A stretch of 64,000 nt of DNA from Macrostomum lignano (lineage: Eukaryota), in the NCBI GenBank assembly GCA_002269645.1, contig NIVC01002618.1, forward strand, positions 92,502-156,501. Direction: 5' to 3'. The position numbers and the translations under genes were made by a program. Shown piece by piece: positions 53,280-64,000 of this stretch. Numbering within the stretch: the stretch's first letter is position 1; the number at the start of each line of letters is the position of its first letter. A model generated the notes under the pieces. That model had not been told where the DNA came from. It was given only the letters and a program-made list of their open reading frames with translations, and did no database searches.

Positions 53280-56200
53280 AGATAGTAAGAGTACTGCGGG
53301 CCGGTGTTAGGCTTTCTGTTCTCCGGGGTCTTAATTTATCCGGGGGACATCGCAAAGCAAAATTATTGTCGCTTTGCGATAACCTACCCAGGATAATTCA
53401 AGGCACAACAAAATCGGGCTTTGAAATATCCGGGGTCTTTGTCCGGGGTGAATAAATTAAGATTTGGGTGGCAAGGTGGTCAAGTTATTTACCTGAGAAA
53501 GCGCATGTGAATGGGGCAGGACATCATTTCGAGAGAACGGGGCTGACTCAGAGGCCAGGAAGGGCCCTGACTGCACCTTAGACAGTGGAGGGGCAAATGA
53601 GGTGCAGTTTAAGAATAAATCGATAATGGACTGGCGTCACATTGCTAGCACTACAAGCGTACGTGCAATGAAGATCAGTGTACGAGCTAATAGCCGACAA
53701 CGGAAAGTGTTGCGCAAATTACGAGTATATTAACGTAACTTTTAAGATATATAGAGGTTATTTCTTGTCGAAGTTCCAAGAAAGGAAATCGTTTAGAAAT
53801 CGTTAAATCGTTTAGGAAAATTGATCATCTCTCGATGGCTAAAGTATCGCTGAACCAAGTGTTTTTACAAATGTTTGTTTTGAACGACGAGCTGTATGTT
53901 GAGCTGCCGGAAAATTTCAGTACGAGAGAGAGATGATCTAAAAAGAAAAATCAGACAAAAGAGCAAAAACTCCCATGTTTTGATTGATCGAATTACATGT
54001 AGATTGGTGAATCAAGTAACAGTTTTTCGGTTGACAATGTATAGTATCAATAGCTTTAATTTTACTTCTGTTTGGAGTGTGTGAAATGCAAAAGATGTTT
54101 GCCAATTTTGAAAAAAGTAGCAAAAAGTTTTTTCTACTTTGCGGAAATTGATTTCGAAATTTTGCTGTTTCTCTAGCCCCGGATATCAGTAGCCGGATGT
54201 CCTAAAGCAAACCTCTGTCTCCGCAGGCTGACCCCTCTCTTTCAACCTACAGTCGGATGTCCTGAGACAACTTCCCTTCTTGTGATCTCCGGGCCGGATA
54301 GCAGAGTCAGTGCCGTAGGATGTCCGGGAGAGACATCTCAAAGTGCCCGGACAATGCAAAGCAGCTCGAGATATCCGGGAAGGAGAAAACAAAGCAGGTT
54401 TTTTGCTTGGCAGTATCCGGGCGGACATCGTAAGTGCGTTCGGATATCCGGGCCAGACAAAAAAACCCCGGATAGTCTAAAGTGTAACACCGGACTTGAA
54501 GATGAAGATGGCAGGGGAGTTTGCCGACTCCTGCCTTAGACTCATGTGCACGATTGCGTGTGCCCAAGATGGACACCACACCATTCCCTGTGTCCCTGCC
54601 CCTGTCTCTTTGTCGATCAACAAAAACCTTTTGAATTCATGTGCTTTGTAAAAACCAAGCGCCCGCAGGGTATCAACCGGGGCTTTGTCAAGTCCACTCC
54701 GATTAATTAAAAGGAGTCTCATCGGGAACCTACAAAGTCTGAGAACTGCTGACTGGTTTGGAGGGAGGGGTTGCGTGAGCGAAACAGACTATAAATAGTG
54801 TAGTGGCTTGACCGCATAACTGTTCATTTGTATTGCTTTTGCAGTAGGGCATAGTAAGTTTAGACTGAACTTGCTTTACGCCACTGATAGTAGTTAAAAG
54901 CTGCGATAATGTCTGTAAATAGGTTCGTTAAGGCTTTGTAGATTGCTTAGCCCAAGAGCCCCGGTTAGGGGCTGAAACGCTAAATTCTTTCCGATGAATG
55001 AATGAATGGAGAGATTGAGTTGCAGCGCCTGGTTCCAGCGAATGAAGAAAATGTTTAAAAAATCATATTCATTGAATTCGAATAGAACATGCACATGACT
55101 AAATGATCAGACTTACAGCTTTGCTTAGGCCGACTCATTGAGGTAAACTCATTGTCAGGGAGCAACCATTTTGTTCCTCGTCCAAGCAAACTGACTCGTT
55201 TGAGCAGCAGTGATCAGTTGAAGGCTGGGTGAGTTAGCATGCAGCTCAATTATTATGTACCATGTGTAAAGGTTAGTGGTTTGGCGGTGACATTCCAGCT
55301 AGCTATTATCTAAATTGCACATGTACATGCAAGCGAGACCACGCATTAAACTGGGTGTACTCACAGAGGGGCGGAACACATTGATGTGTGGGTGTCTGTA
55401 TGTGTGCGTGTCCTGGCCCATGAAGGAAAGCTTCCAGGTCGCGAACTGTATACATTTATACATTACATGCCTGAAAACGAGAAAGTCAGGGCCGTTGCAC
55501 ACCCTCAATGAATATGTGTAAGCGTGTGCTTAGGTGGGCGCATGTCAGCTCAACTACTTGAGGATGCTAAAGTCAGGATTTCATGAATGTACAAGTAGTT
55601 CGTAGTTCGTACGTTGGCATCAGCGGTTGAAACATCTACGAACGCTTGGCACCTGTTGTGATTCTAACATCTACTATCAGAGCTCTAGATCTCCCAGCGG
55701 ACGAGCCTGCGATTGCGTCAGCCTGCTGGCCTGACTGACTTCGCAACGAGGAACCCCGTCGAGTGACCAAAAGGTCATTTTGTCCCCGTAACCGTATCTT
55801 CCCGAGCCATAATACCGAAAATGAATAACACGGGAATTAAGGCGACTCACTTTCAATCAATTTGCTGGGGAGAGAGCGCGTAGAGTCACAGAAAGCTGCT
55901 AGCTGTTGTTGAAATAGTTATAATGATTGGAATGTCATAAATTCCAGATGTTGGTCAGCGCTGTCAGAATTAGGCGTGTGCCCCTCTCCCTCACTTACAT
56001 AAATGTATACCGGTATTTGGCCAAAAATACTCTAATCAGCAGACTTGATACCCAACCAATAAATAACTGATAGTCTCAACACGGCTGGCCAATCAGAACA
56101 AACGTAGGGTGAAAAATACATGATAGTATAGGCTAGGCCAATCAGAATTGGGCATGCCAAGGGCCGGAGAATGGGACGGTTAGGCAAACGCGGTGGGGAG

Positions 56201-57518
56201 GGGTTAGAGTGCATTGCCCGCGGCCTACTTGCCGGATAGTCAGAAATTTCTCATTGTTGCCGTAGTTCCAGGGCACAACATGCATCCCTCACTATAAAAA
56301 TGAAATAAATCTATACATGGCATGGCTAGCTATATTCCTGCGTTTCAGTTGTTCACTTTCAATTTCAGTAAAACTATATAGTCACATATATTTAACTACA
56401 TAGTCATTGCGCAACACTAATTAAAATATAATGGAATGACATTTCTTGCGTATTCAAAGCTTACTACTTTTATAACTGTTATTTATTATTAGATTTCTTA
56501 TATAACAAACGTTTTATACATTTTTATATTCTATTTTGTATTTTTTAATAATAATGTAATCATTGTGATTATTTGATATTATTAATCATGTTTCAAAGCT
56601 TAACAAATCTTTTATTCGTGTTATTTAGCAAAAAGACTTACTCGTACAAGCTAATATAAATAATGTAACTTTTGATATTTCAGGCATGTTTTAATTGTAC
56701 GTACTACCCAGTGGTTAGAAAAATTGGGGCGTACCCTCTAGGCCGGCGCCCCGGCGGCCCTCAAGGGTACGCCCCATCCCGCAAGATAAAAGTTTGTAGG
56801 TTTTCTTCTTTGTACGTATGAAATATTTTTGTGAGGAAATTATGTAAAGAGCAGAATTTTTAAAGTTGATTTTTTTAGTTTCGGGTGTTTTTGTGCTCGA
56901 ACCTGACAGTACGCCTTTCAGTACGTGCAGTGGACAGTGGGGCGAACTATTGATATCCTTATTAATTATTTTCTTGTATAATGAGCTCATTATTTATTTG
57001 CATTGACCAATCCTCATACTACAGCTAACTTGAACTTTTAACCCTTTGAGCAGCCATCTCTTTGAAAAATTGCTGCAAGCTCCAAAGTGGGGTATAGGCG
57101 ACTCGTGCAAATTTTTCTGAGTTTCATACACTTCAGAAATTGGATGTGAACGCAAAAGTGTGCGTTTTAGCCTACCTACTTATAAGTAATACCTTTTGAT
57201 CTTCGAAATCAACGCAACAAAAAATATATTTTTTAATACTCCACTACTTAAGCACTAGCGCATGTACAATGTTGCTTGTATTCTTAAGTTTTCATTTAGA
57301 TGAGTCCGATTTGGTGGTCAATTCAGGATTTTTAAAGTAGTGGGGGCAGATTTGCCCAAATTTTTGTTTTGGTCTAAAAAGCCAAAGTAAGCTCAAAATT
57401 TACCCCCCTTATATGCAAGTCCAGCCATGGCAAAGGGGCGGCCGCCGGGTCTACTACATCTACGAGTACATTTGACCGCCACAATTTGATCGCCGTTCTT
57501 TTCAAGGTGAAATAGGGC

Positions 57519-57900
57519 GGCGGGCAAATTGTCTGGCGGGCAAATTGTCTGGCGGGCAAATTGTCTGGCGGGCAAATTGTCTGGCGGGCAAATTGTCTGG
57601 CGGGCAAATTGTCTGGCGGGCAAATTGTCTGGCGGGCAAATTGTCTGGCGGGCAAATTGTCTGGCGGGCAAATTGTCTGGCGGGCAAATTGTCTGGCGGG
57701 CAAATTGTCTGGCGGGCAAATTGTCTGGCGGGCAAATTGTCTGGCGGGCAAATTGTCTGGCGGGCAAATTGTCTGGCGGGCAAATTGTCTGGCGGGCAAA
57801 TTGTCTGGCGGGCAAATTGTCTGGCGGGCAAATTGTCTGGCGGGCAAATTGTCTGGCGGGCAAATTGTCTGGCGGGCAAATTGTCTGGCGGGCAAATTGT
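57519..57900. repeat. Perfect 16-bp array (ggcgggcaaattgtct), about 24 units
   Basis: Seen directly. Confidence 0.97.
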
Positions 57901-58784
57901 GGCGGTCTCCGCTGTCGGTCTCCCGCGGCCGCGCCCCCCCCCCCTTGGATAGTGGCGTAAATAAATACTCATTTCAAAGTTTTACATGTAAGTAGGCGGC
58001 ATACCCTTGCACAAGGTTGCATAATTATTTGAAAGCCGTATGCTTGTATGGGGTGGACAGTTGACAGTCAAAATGCCTATATCTACATGTACCTCCATAC
58101 AGTAATAATTTACCTATTAAACAACAGGTAAGGTCAAAGATAACATATGCGTATGCCAGCAAAGGTTTAAAATTTTCAATAATTAATTGTACGGTACAAT
58201 GCGATAGCAAAACAAACTAATCTTAGATGCAGCTATTATCTAGAATCTCGATTTATCTTCCAGAATTTTAGAGAAATACAACTAGGACAGGGGAAATCCC
58301 GGAAAATCAATCAGGTTTGCCAAGCTGTATTAAAGGGGGACCAAGCGCATTTTTGCCAAAATACAGAGCCACCCCTCCGCCCCCCTTGGGTCTTTACCCT
58401 TCAGAATCCGCCCCCCCCCCACATAAGAAATTCTGCTTGCGCCACTGCTAACAGTTCAAGTAATTCTGGAGAGCACAGAGTGCTGTCTAGAGAAGCTGTT
58501 CAGGCTTGGCACAACGCGCCCGCCAAAATTTTGTTAATGTCAACTTTTGCTCATTGTAATGATCGAAATTCCTTGCGAGGGATTGGCTAACTATTTTACT
58601 TTAAGTGCCAGATAGAGAATCTAGCTCAAGACTGCGGGCCAGAAGGAGGAGAGTGGAGGGGAGAGGGGAGAGATGTGAGATGTGAGAGGAGGGAAGAGAG
58701 GAGAGAGGCGAGATGAGAGAAAGAAGGGAGATAAAGGGAGAGAGGAGAGAGGCGAAAGGAGAGATGTCAGAGGAAGGGAGCAAG

Positions 58785-58933
58785 CAGTAGGGCAACCAGA
58801 AATTTTTTGAGGGAGGGGCGGAGGGGAGGCTCTGTTTTTGGCGAAAATTCGCTTGGTCCCCCCTTCAATTTTTTCTGGGTCTCCGCCTAAGGGGGGGCCC
58901 CGCCCCCCCCCCGCCCCCCTGGTTGCGCCACTG
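58785..58933. mobile_element. Small hAT MITE inserted in a GA-rich tract
   Basis: TIRs cagtagggcaaccag / ctggttgcgccactg and a perfect 8-bp TSD GGAGCAAG. Confidence 0.85.
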
Positions 58934-60785
58934 GGAGCAAGGAAAGAGGGGAAAGGAGGAGAGAGGGGAGATTTTGATGAGAAAAGGAGAAGAAATTAGC
59001 AAAAAAGCTGAGAAGAGATGCAAACCTTGAGCGGGCTGGATTGTTATTGGCATGGGAAGTTAGAAAGGACCCGAGGGCTGGATAGAGAGACTGCGGGCCG
59101 CATGTGGCCCGTGGGCTGGAGTTTGCTGACCCTGCAGCCTGCAGTAGGCTATGCATGACGGGCCCAGTTAACTGCATAATGGCAAATAAGAGACATGGGA
59201 GATTGGAGATAGGAGACTGTCTCCCCTGTCTCCCCTTCATTTATCTCCCCGATTACGAGTAGGGCACAGTCACTCAGTCACATTTTGATAAGGAGGGATA
59301 CATAGACATAGATATTTTCTCAGTTTTCATATTCAGAGGCGGTCAGAGCTCAAATGGGACAGGTCATGAATAAATAACAATCTAACCCCCGCCTTGTCAT
59401 TTTTCCGGATGAATAAATCCACTGAATCATAAAGGTTTCAAAGTGCCTTTGCGTTCTCATGACAGTTTTTGCCACTCAATTATTCTAGTCTTACTGAATC
59501 CCCGAGTTAACAGAAAATTATAGCTCGGCGCACGTCCGCCAGCTTGAATATTCTCGCTATATTGTTCTCTATTTGCGATCGTCTTTTACAACCCGACATC
59601 AATAAAACCCGTGTGGGCTTTATCTCTCATTAACAGAAATCTCTCATCAATTATAGCCTGTATAAAGCTTACTCATTTTGAGTTGCTCTTAGAAAAATGT
59701 TTTGAATTTCCTGGCCAGTGGCAATAACCCGTAATGACAGGGCAATGCAAGGAATTATTTTAACCTAGAGGTGACAGCTAATTTTGGCCAATTCATTTCA
59801 GTTGGGTGGGGGGGGTTAGAAGAAAGGCTAGAGAAGTGATATGGGAATTTCTACGTTGTACCGTTCTTGCCTGCTTAAGCGAACCTATGCGAAACAAACA
59901 AACTGTCCTGACTCCTTATCAGTGCAGGTCATCAAGTTTTTTCTATTCCCATATTGCACCAAAGATAAAGGAAGAACAAAGACGAATTTCGTGCGAGGCT
60001 TGACAAGGTCTTGATAAGTTACAACCTAGCATAAACACATAAATACTTTGATACGGAAAGTATTGATTCGATCTGACCTAAAATAGGTGCCAGCAAAAGA
60101 AAGAAAATATTCATAGCATTTTATATGTGCTTAAAAGTAAAACCAGATGGTAACAGATGGAAATTACAGTTGTGCAACTAGTTGATTATTATCAATGGGA
60201 TAAGTAAAATATTACAAAAATTCTGTTGGCTTGAATTGGAGGTAGGAATACTGTATACAATACCATTAGTATTTCATACTCGTATACTGGGGTTTAAGAA
60301 AATAAATCCCCCATTTCAGCCACATACAGCGGCATCACCTCCCACTAAGTTTCCGGCCCCTCCACCCCTCCTACACAGTTTTGAGCTAAATTACCCCTCC
60401 GGCCTCTATAACACCGAATTTTAAGCTGTACCTAATTCTAGGGTTCAAGAATGTAAACAATAAAGATAGAATCAATATAATCAGTCTCTAAAATAACTCC
60501 AGTTCATGAATGACCGATCGCCAGGCTTGTAGTAAACTCGTGAAACTGCGGATCCTAAAAGTAAAGATAAAATGGCAGTTGCGATCGAGTATGCATCGTA
60601 ATATACTAATATTTAACTCACAATCTACAATCATGTCTGCGTGTTGAAGCTGAGAACATATACAGGAAGAAATTGCAGAATTGCAGAATACAGGGAATAC
60701 GAGAATCGAGATAGAAGGAAATCGGATTGATATAAAAAACCAGAAAGATATTTTTAGTACTCACTTGCGACTCACGCGTCCTACA

Positions 60786-62814
60786 TCAGGCCTCCTCGGA
60801 GTCACCTGTCAGAGGAATGACAAAAAAATGGCTTGCTGGATCCCTGTCCGCTCCAGCAAGATTGGCAAGCAGATTCGCAGGCAAAATCCAGCACTTTCGC
60901 TCAGGTGTGCCAGTTAGAACACCAGATGTCATCCTGTACAAGCCGATTCCCAGACGCAAAGATGGATATGGGTTGGCGTAGATGTTGTCAACTGGGTGTA
61001 AAATCCTGCCAGTGACTTGATTAGCTTCACTTACAGCTTCGATTAGGACGCATACTTTGTCGATTATGCAACAATTATCACCTCGCTTTGTGCTGAATTT
61101 CAACGGTGGAATTCGCTGCTCATTCAACAGAAGATCGCGAACTCTGAGCACCTGCTTAACTGAATGCGCTGCCATGTGCCTTGTCACCTTTACGCGGCGC
61201 TTTACAGATCCAAGAAAGTTTTCGAAAGGGAAAGTCGAAAAGTTGTTTAAACTGCCTAGCTTTCGGACAAACTCATCCAAATGAAGAATAGTGTGAAGAT
61301 TGAAACTTATAAACTTCTGGCCGTAAAGGTGGGCAGCCCGTTCAACAAAAACTTCAATGCAAGTTTTTGCCTGCGTCCACCACTTGGAGTACCTTTCGTT
61401 GGAGTATGCGTAAATGGCGAAATGGAGGTAAAGAAAGTGGTTATACCTTTCTTCATTTAAAATGCCTTTGAAGAGGACAGGTCCTAGGTACAGCAAGTAC
61501 TGTCTGAATTCAGTAGCCTTCATGTGCTTCAGTTCCAAGTCGATTTTCCGGGGTCTTCGTTGAAAGTTTGAAGGTGTCCAACCGGCAGCCATAGTAATTC
61601 GGTCGCCCAATAGGCTCATCGGACCGGGATAGACGAGACACTTCTTGCCATTAGATTTGTCGAAAAATAGGTAAAATAGCTTCCTTGTGACTCCAAGGCA
61701 TACGGCATGCTGGTAGTCAGGGGGAAAAGCATCGACAAAACTAATGTTAGGCAAATTTAGAAGGGGCGATAGAGCGATTTTTTTATTTTCCTGGTTAGAC
61801 TCCTTTCCCTCTCGGTATTGTTGGCTGCTACGAGACTCCCCGACGCTCGTTGAAAATGTTACTCTGTTGTCGGTATAAGGTCCAGTAGCCCTGCAGTACA
61901 TGCAACCGACGTACGACATGTGCCCTTGAGTTACTGAGACCCAGGCTCGAGCAGGCGCATCGCAAACAAATCGGATAGTCGAGAAGCTGATGCTTAAATT
62001 TTCGATAATTTTTATTGGACCCGTAAGAAAACGTTTAGCCTCGTCGCAAAATTGTCGAAGATAATCATTCAGAGGTGGCTTGCCACAACCAGCCCATACG
62101 GCTACTGGAAAAGGTCTGCTGAATATGCTGGGAATAGACATAAGTATGGGCCAAAGACCGAAGTGGCTTGCTCGGTACAAAGGCAAGCCGTCAAAATTAA
62201 CGATGGCTTCAATTTTGTAAACCTTCTCAGTTTCACTATCGTGTTGTAGATATTCTGGCTTCATGTGCAGCTGGTTTTTGCGAAACATTAGTTCTAGATT
62301 TTTCAGAATCGAAATGTAGCGAAAATGGCCTTTTCCCATGGGCTCCAATTTTTCCGTTGGATCGCCAGCATTGATGACGGCCTCAATAGAGTTGACAGAC
62401 TTCGGCGCAGGCAAGCCTATGTCTCTTAGACCATCAACAAGGAATTTTTTAGATCCACGACTTAGGTTGAAACAAGAAAAGTAGACTACCAGCAAGGCGA
62501 ATATTTTATCTTCTAAAGAGCGGTCATCCTCTTTCTTGTCAATCTCCTCATCTTCATCGCTGCAAACTCGCGCGAACTCGTCAAAATCAGGATAGCTGCC
62601 ATTGTCGTTGTCAAGATCTGGATCCGTACCTTCATTGACTTCTGCTACAGAGGACTCCGAAGCGATGAAACCGGCGACTCTCCCAGAATCATCTGCTTCG
62701 AATACTTTTCTTTTTTTTCTCTTGCAGTGCGATGTCTTCCAAAGCTTCTTGTTCTCCTTCCATGAACAAGCCCAGCAAATCCTTATTTGCTTGTCGCCTC
62801 AATTGCCTTGTCAT
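60786..62814 (-). CDS. EnSpm/CACTA (CMC) DDE transposase, apparently with a 1-nt frameshift in an A8 run at 62711-62718
   Basis: Motifs FDGLPLY, LWPIL, VCDAPARA, GH..GCMYC, PPDYQHAVCLGV, KATEFRQYLLY, FNLHTILHL, STFPFENF. The frame is open upstream of the tracked start (62495) and joins the ATG at 62814 if one A is removed. Confidence 0.9.
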
Positions 62815-63178
62815 TGTTTTCGTCCGAATCAGACTTTGATGATAGTTGACTGTTGTAATAATAATAAAGTAATTACTACGATTGCTTATTTCGTATTAAA
62901 GAAAGGATATGAACAAAAGCTGGGAAGAATTGAAAACTATTCCTTTGGGGGTTTGTGCGCGCTGATTGGACAGGTATGGATGCGGGGACGGTAGGGCCAA
63001 TGAAATTGGAAAAGCCAGGGCGGCCTTTTTCATTCGAAGAACTATAGAAGACAATTGCTTCTAGAAGCAACCTAAACCACTGAATCATTAAATAAGCATA
63101 AACTATAGTGTGAGCTCCAAACTCTTGCTTTATTTGGTACTCAGTTTTGCACTAGCATAGTCTAGTCTGCATGCTACA

Positions 63179-64000
63179 ATGAAGTTTTTAGTGATCTTTA
63201 AAGACGACCGTCAAATTGTTGAGGTCTCGGAAAGCGAAGTGAAGCTTCCTGAAGGCTTTCAAAACCTTAAGGAAGAGGAATGGTTAGAAAAGAGGGACTC
63301 CACTGAGAAGTGGAAGTGTGAAGCCTTGTATGAAGGCTGTTTTTACTCTGCTCTAATTATTCAGGTAAGCAACCGATCCCAACGATTGAAATGTTAAAAT
63401 TCTTGAATCGATCTAATATTTGTACGCTCATATTTTCTCATTAATTTAAAGGTAATACTAAGCAACAACCTAGAGCCTGGGAGCTTCCGCTTTGTGCGTG
63501 AATTGGTGGCCAAAAAGACGCCGACTGAACCGAATTCTCGAGTTGGTTCAACTCCCAGAGTCTTTCAGGAGCGTGACATGAAGAAAGCACGAAGGCATTA
63601 CCAGACTAAGGTAAAATTAAGCACAGCCGCATATAATTTTTATCGAGAACTTTGTTTTCTACCGTTTTACCTTTTAAACTATTTTTTAAGAAAAGGGAAG
63701 AAATTAAATGTGAAAATAATCTTTAAAACTGACATTAACTTGATAATTTCTCTCATGCCGTAACCATCCAAACAGAATCTGTCAGACGGCTCAGCCACCG
63801 ATTCCGAGGCAATCTTCGAAGATAAGAGCAGCCGCTGTTGCAACCTCCAGCTTTGGCTGCCTAAACAACATCCGCTACGATTGCACAGTTAGCGCCAATG
63901 CCTCCTATTAGTGATGATGAAGCAGAAGCTGGCGTAGACGCCGATATGGAAGCTGAGGCGGAAGCTGAGGCGGAAGCTGAAGTGGAAGCTGAGGCGGAAG
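63179..64000 (+). CDS. Spliced gene divergent from the transposase, probably the EnSpm accessory protein; partial
   Basis: Exons 63179-63364 and 63452-63610 join in phase; exon 3 starts at 63776. N-terminus MKFLVIFKDDRQIVEV resembles CMC accessory proteins (from memory). Acidic EA repeats at the window end; the exon 3 reading frame is unresolved. Confidence 0.6.

Noticed and set aside
54175-54495. CCGGA-rich segment resembling a MITE
   Set aside because: I could not define matching TIRs or a TSD.

Overview
Eukaryotic (metazoan invertebrate) genomic DNA, not prokaryotic. The intron style and gene divergence suggest a flatworm such as Macrostomum, but this is an unverified inference. Three multi-exon genes can be rebuilt by hand from GT-AG boundaries and homology to known families: a STIM Ca2+ sensor (+, from at least 1122 to 16604, 5' end outside the window), an SPDEF-like PNT+ETS transcription factor (-, 20286-24278) and a divergent GABA-B-receptor-like class C GPCR (+, 32741-49609; splice phases unresolved around exons 3-4). 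A near-intact ~5.9-kb LOA/R1-group LINE (APE-RT-RNase H-CCHC) lies antisense in a STIM intron and is flanked by a ~580-bp direct duplication. The right end holds an EnSpm/CACTA-type transposase with a divergently transcribed accessory gene. There are also several hAT, Harbinger-like and TA-flanked MITEs and about 20 unrelated mini/microsatellite arrays, many inside introns. Most long ORFs in the ORF track are repeat artefacts. Best leads: the very large LINE-flanking duplication; a STIM exon bracketed by inverted (TCTG)n/(CAGA)n tracts with two frame-compensating acceptors; an orphan-looking GABA-B-like receptor; motif clusters upstream of the SPDEF-like gene; and hAT MITEs carrying satellites. 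I did not find a clearly new biological system. All motif calls were made by eye, with no database searches.
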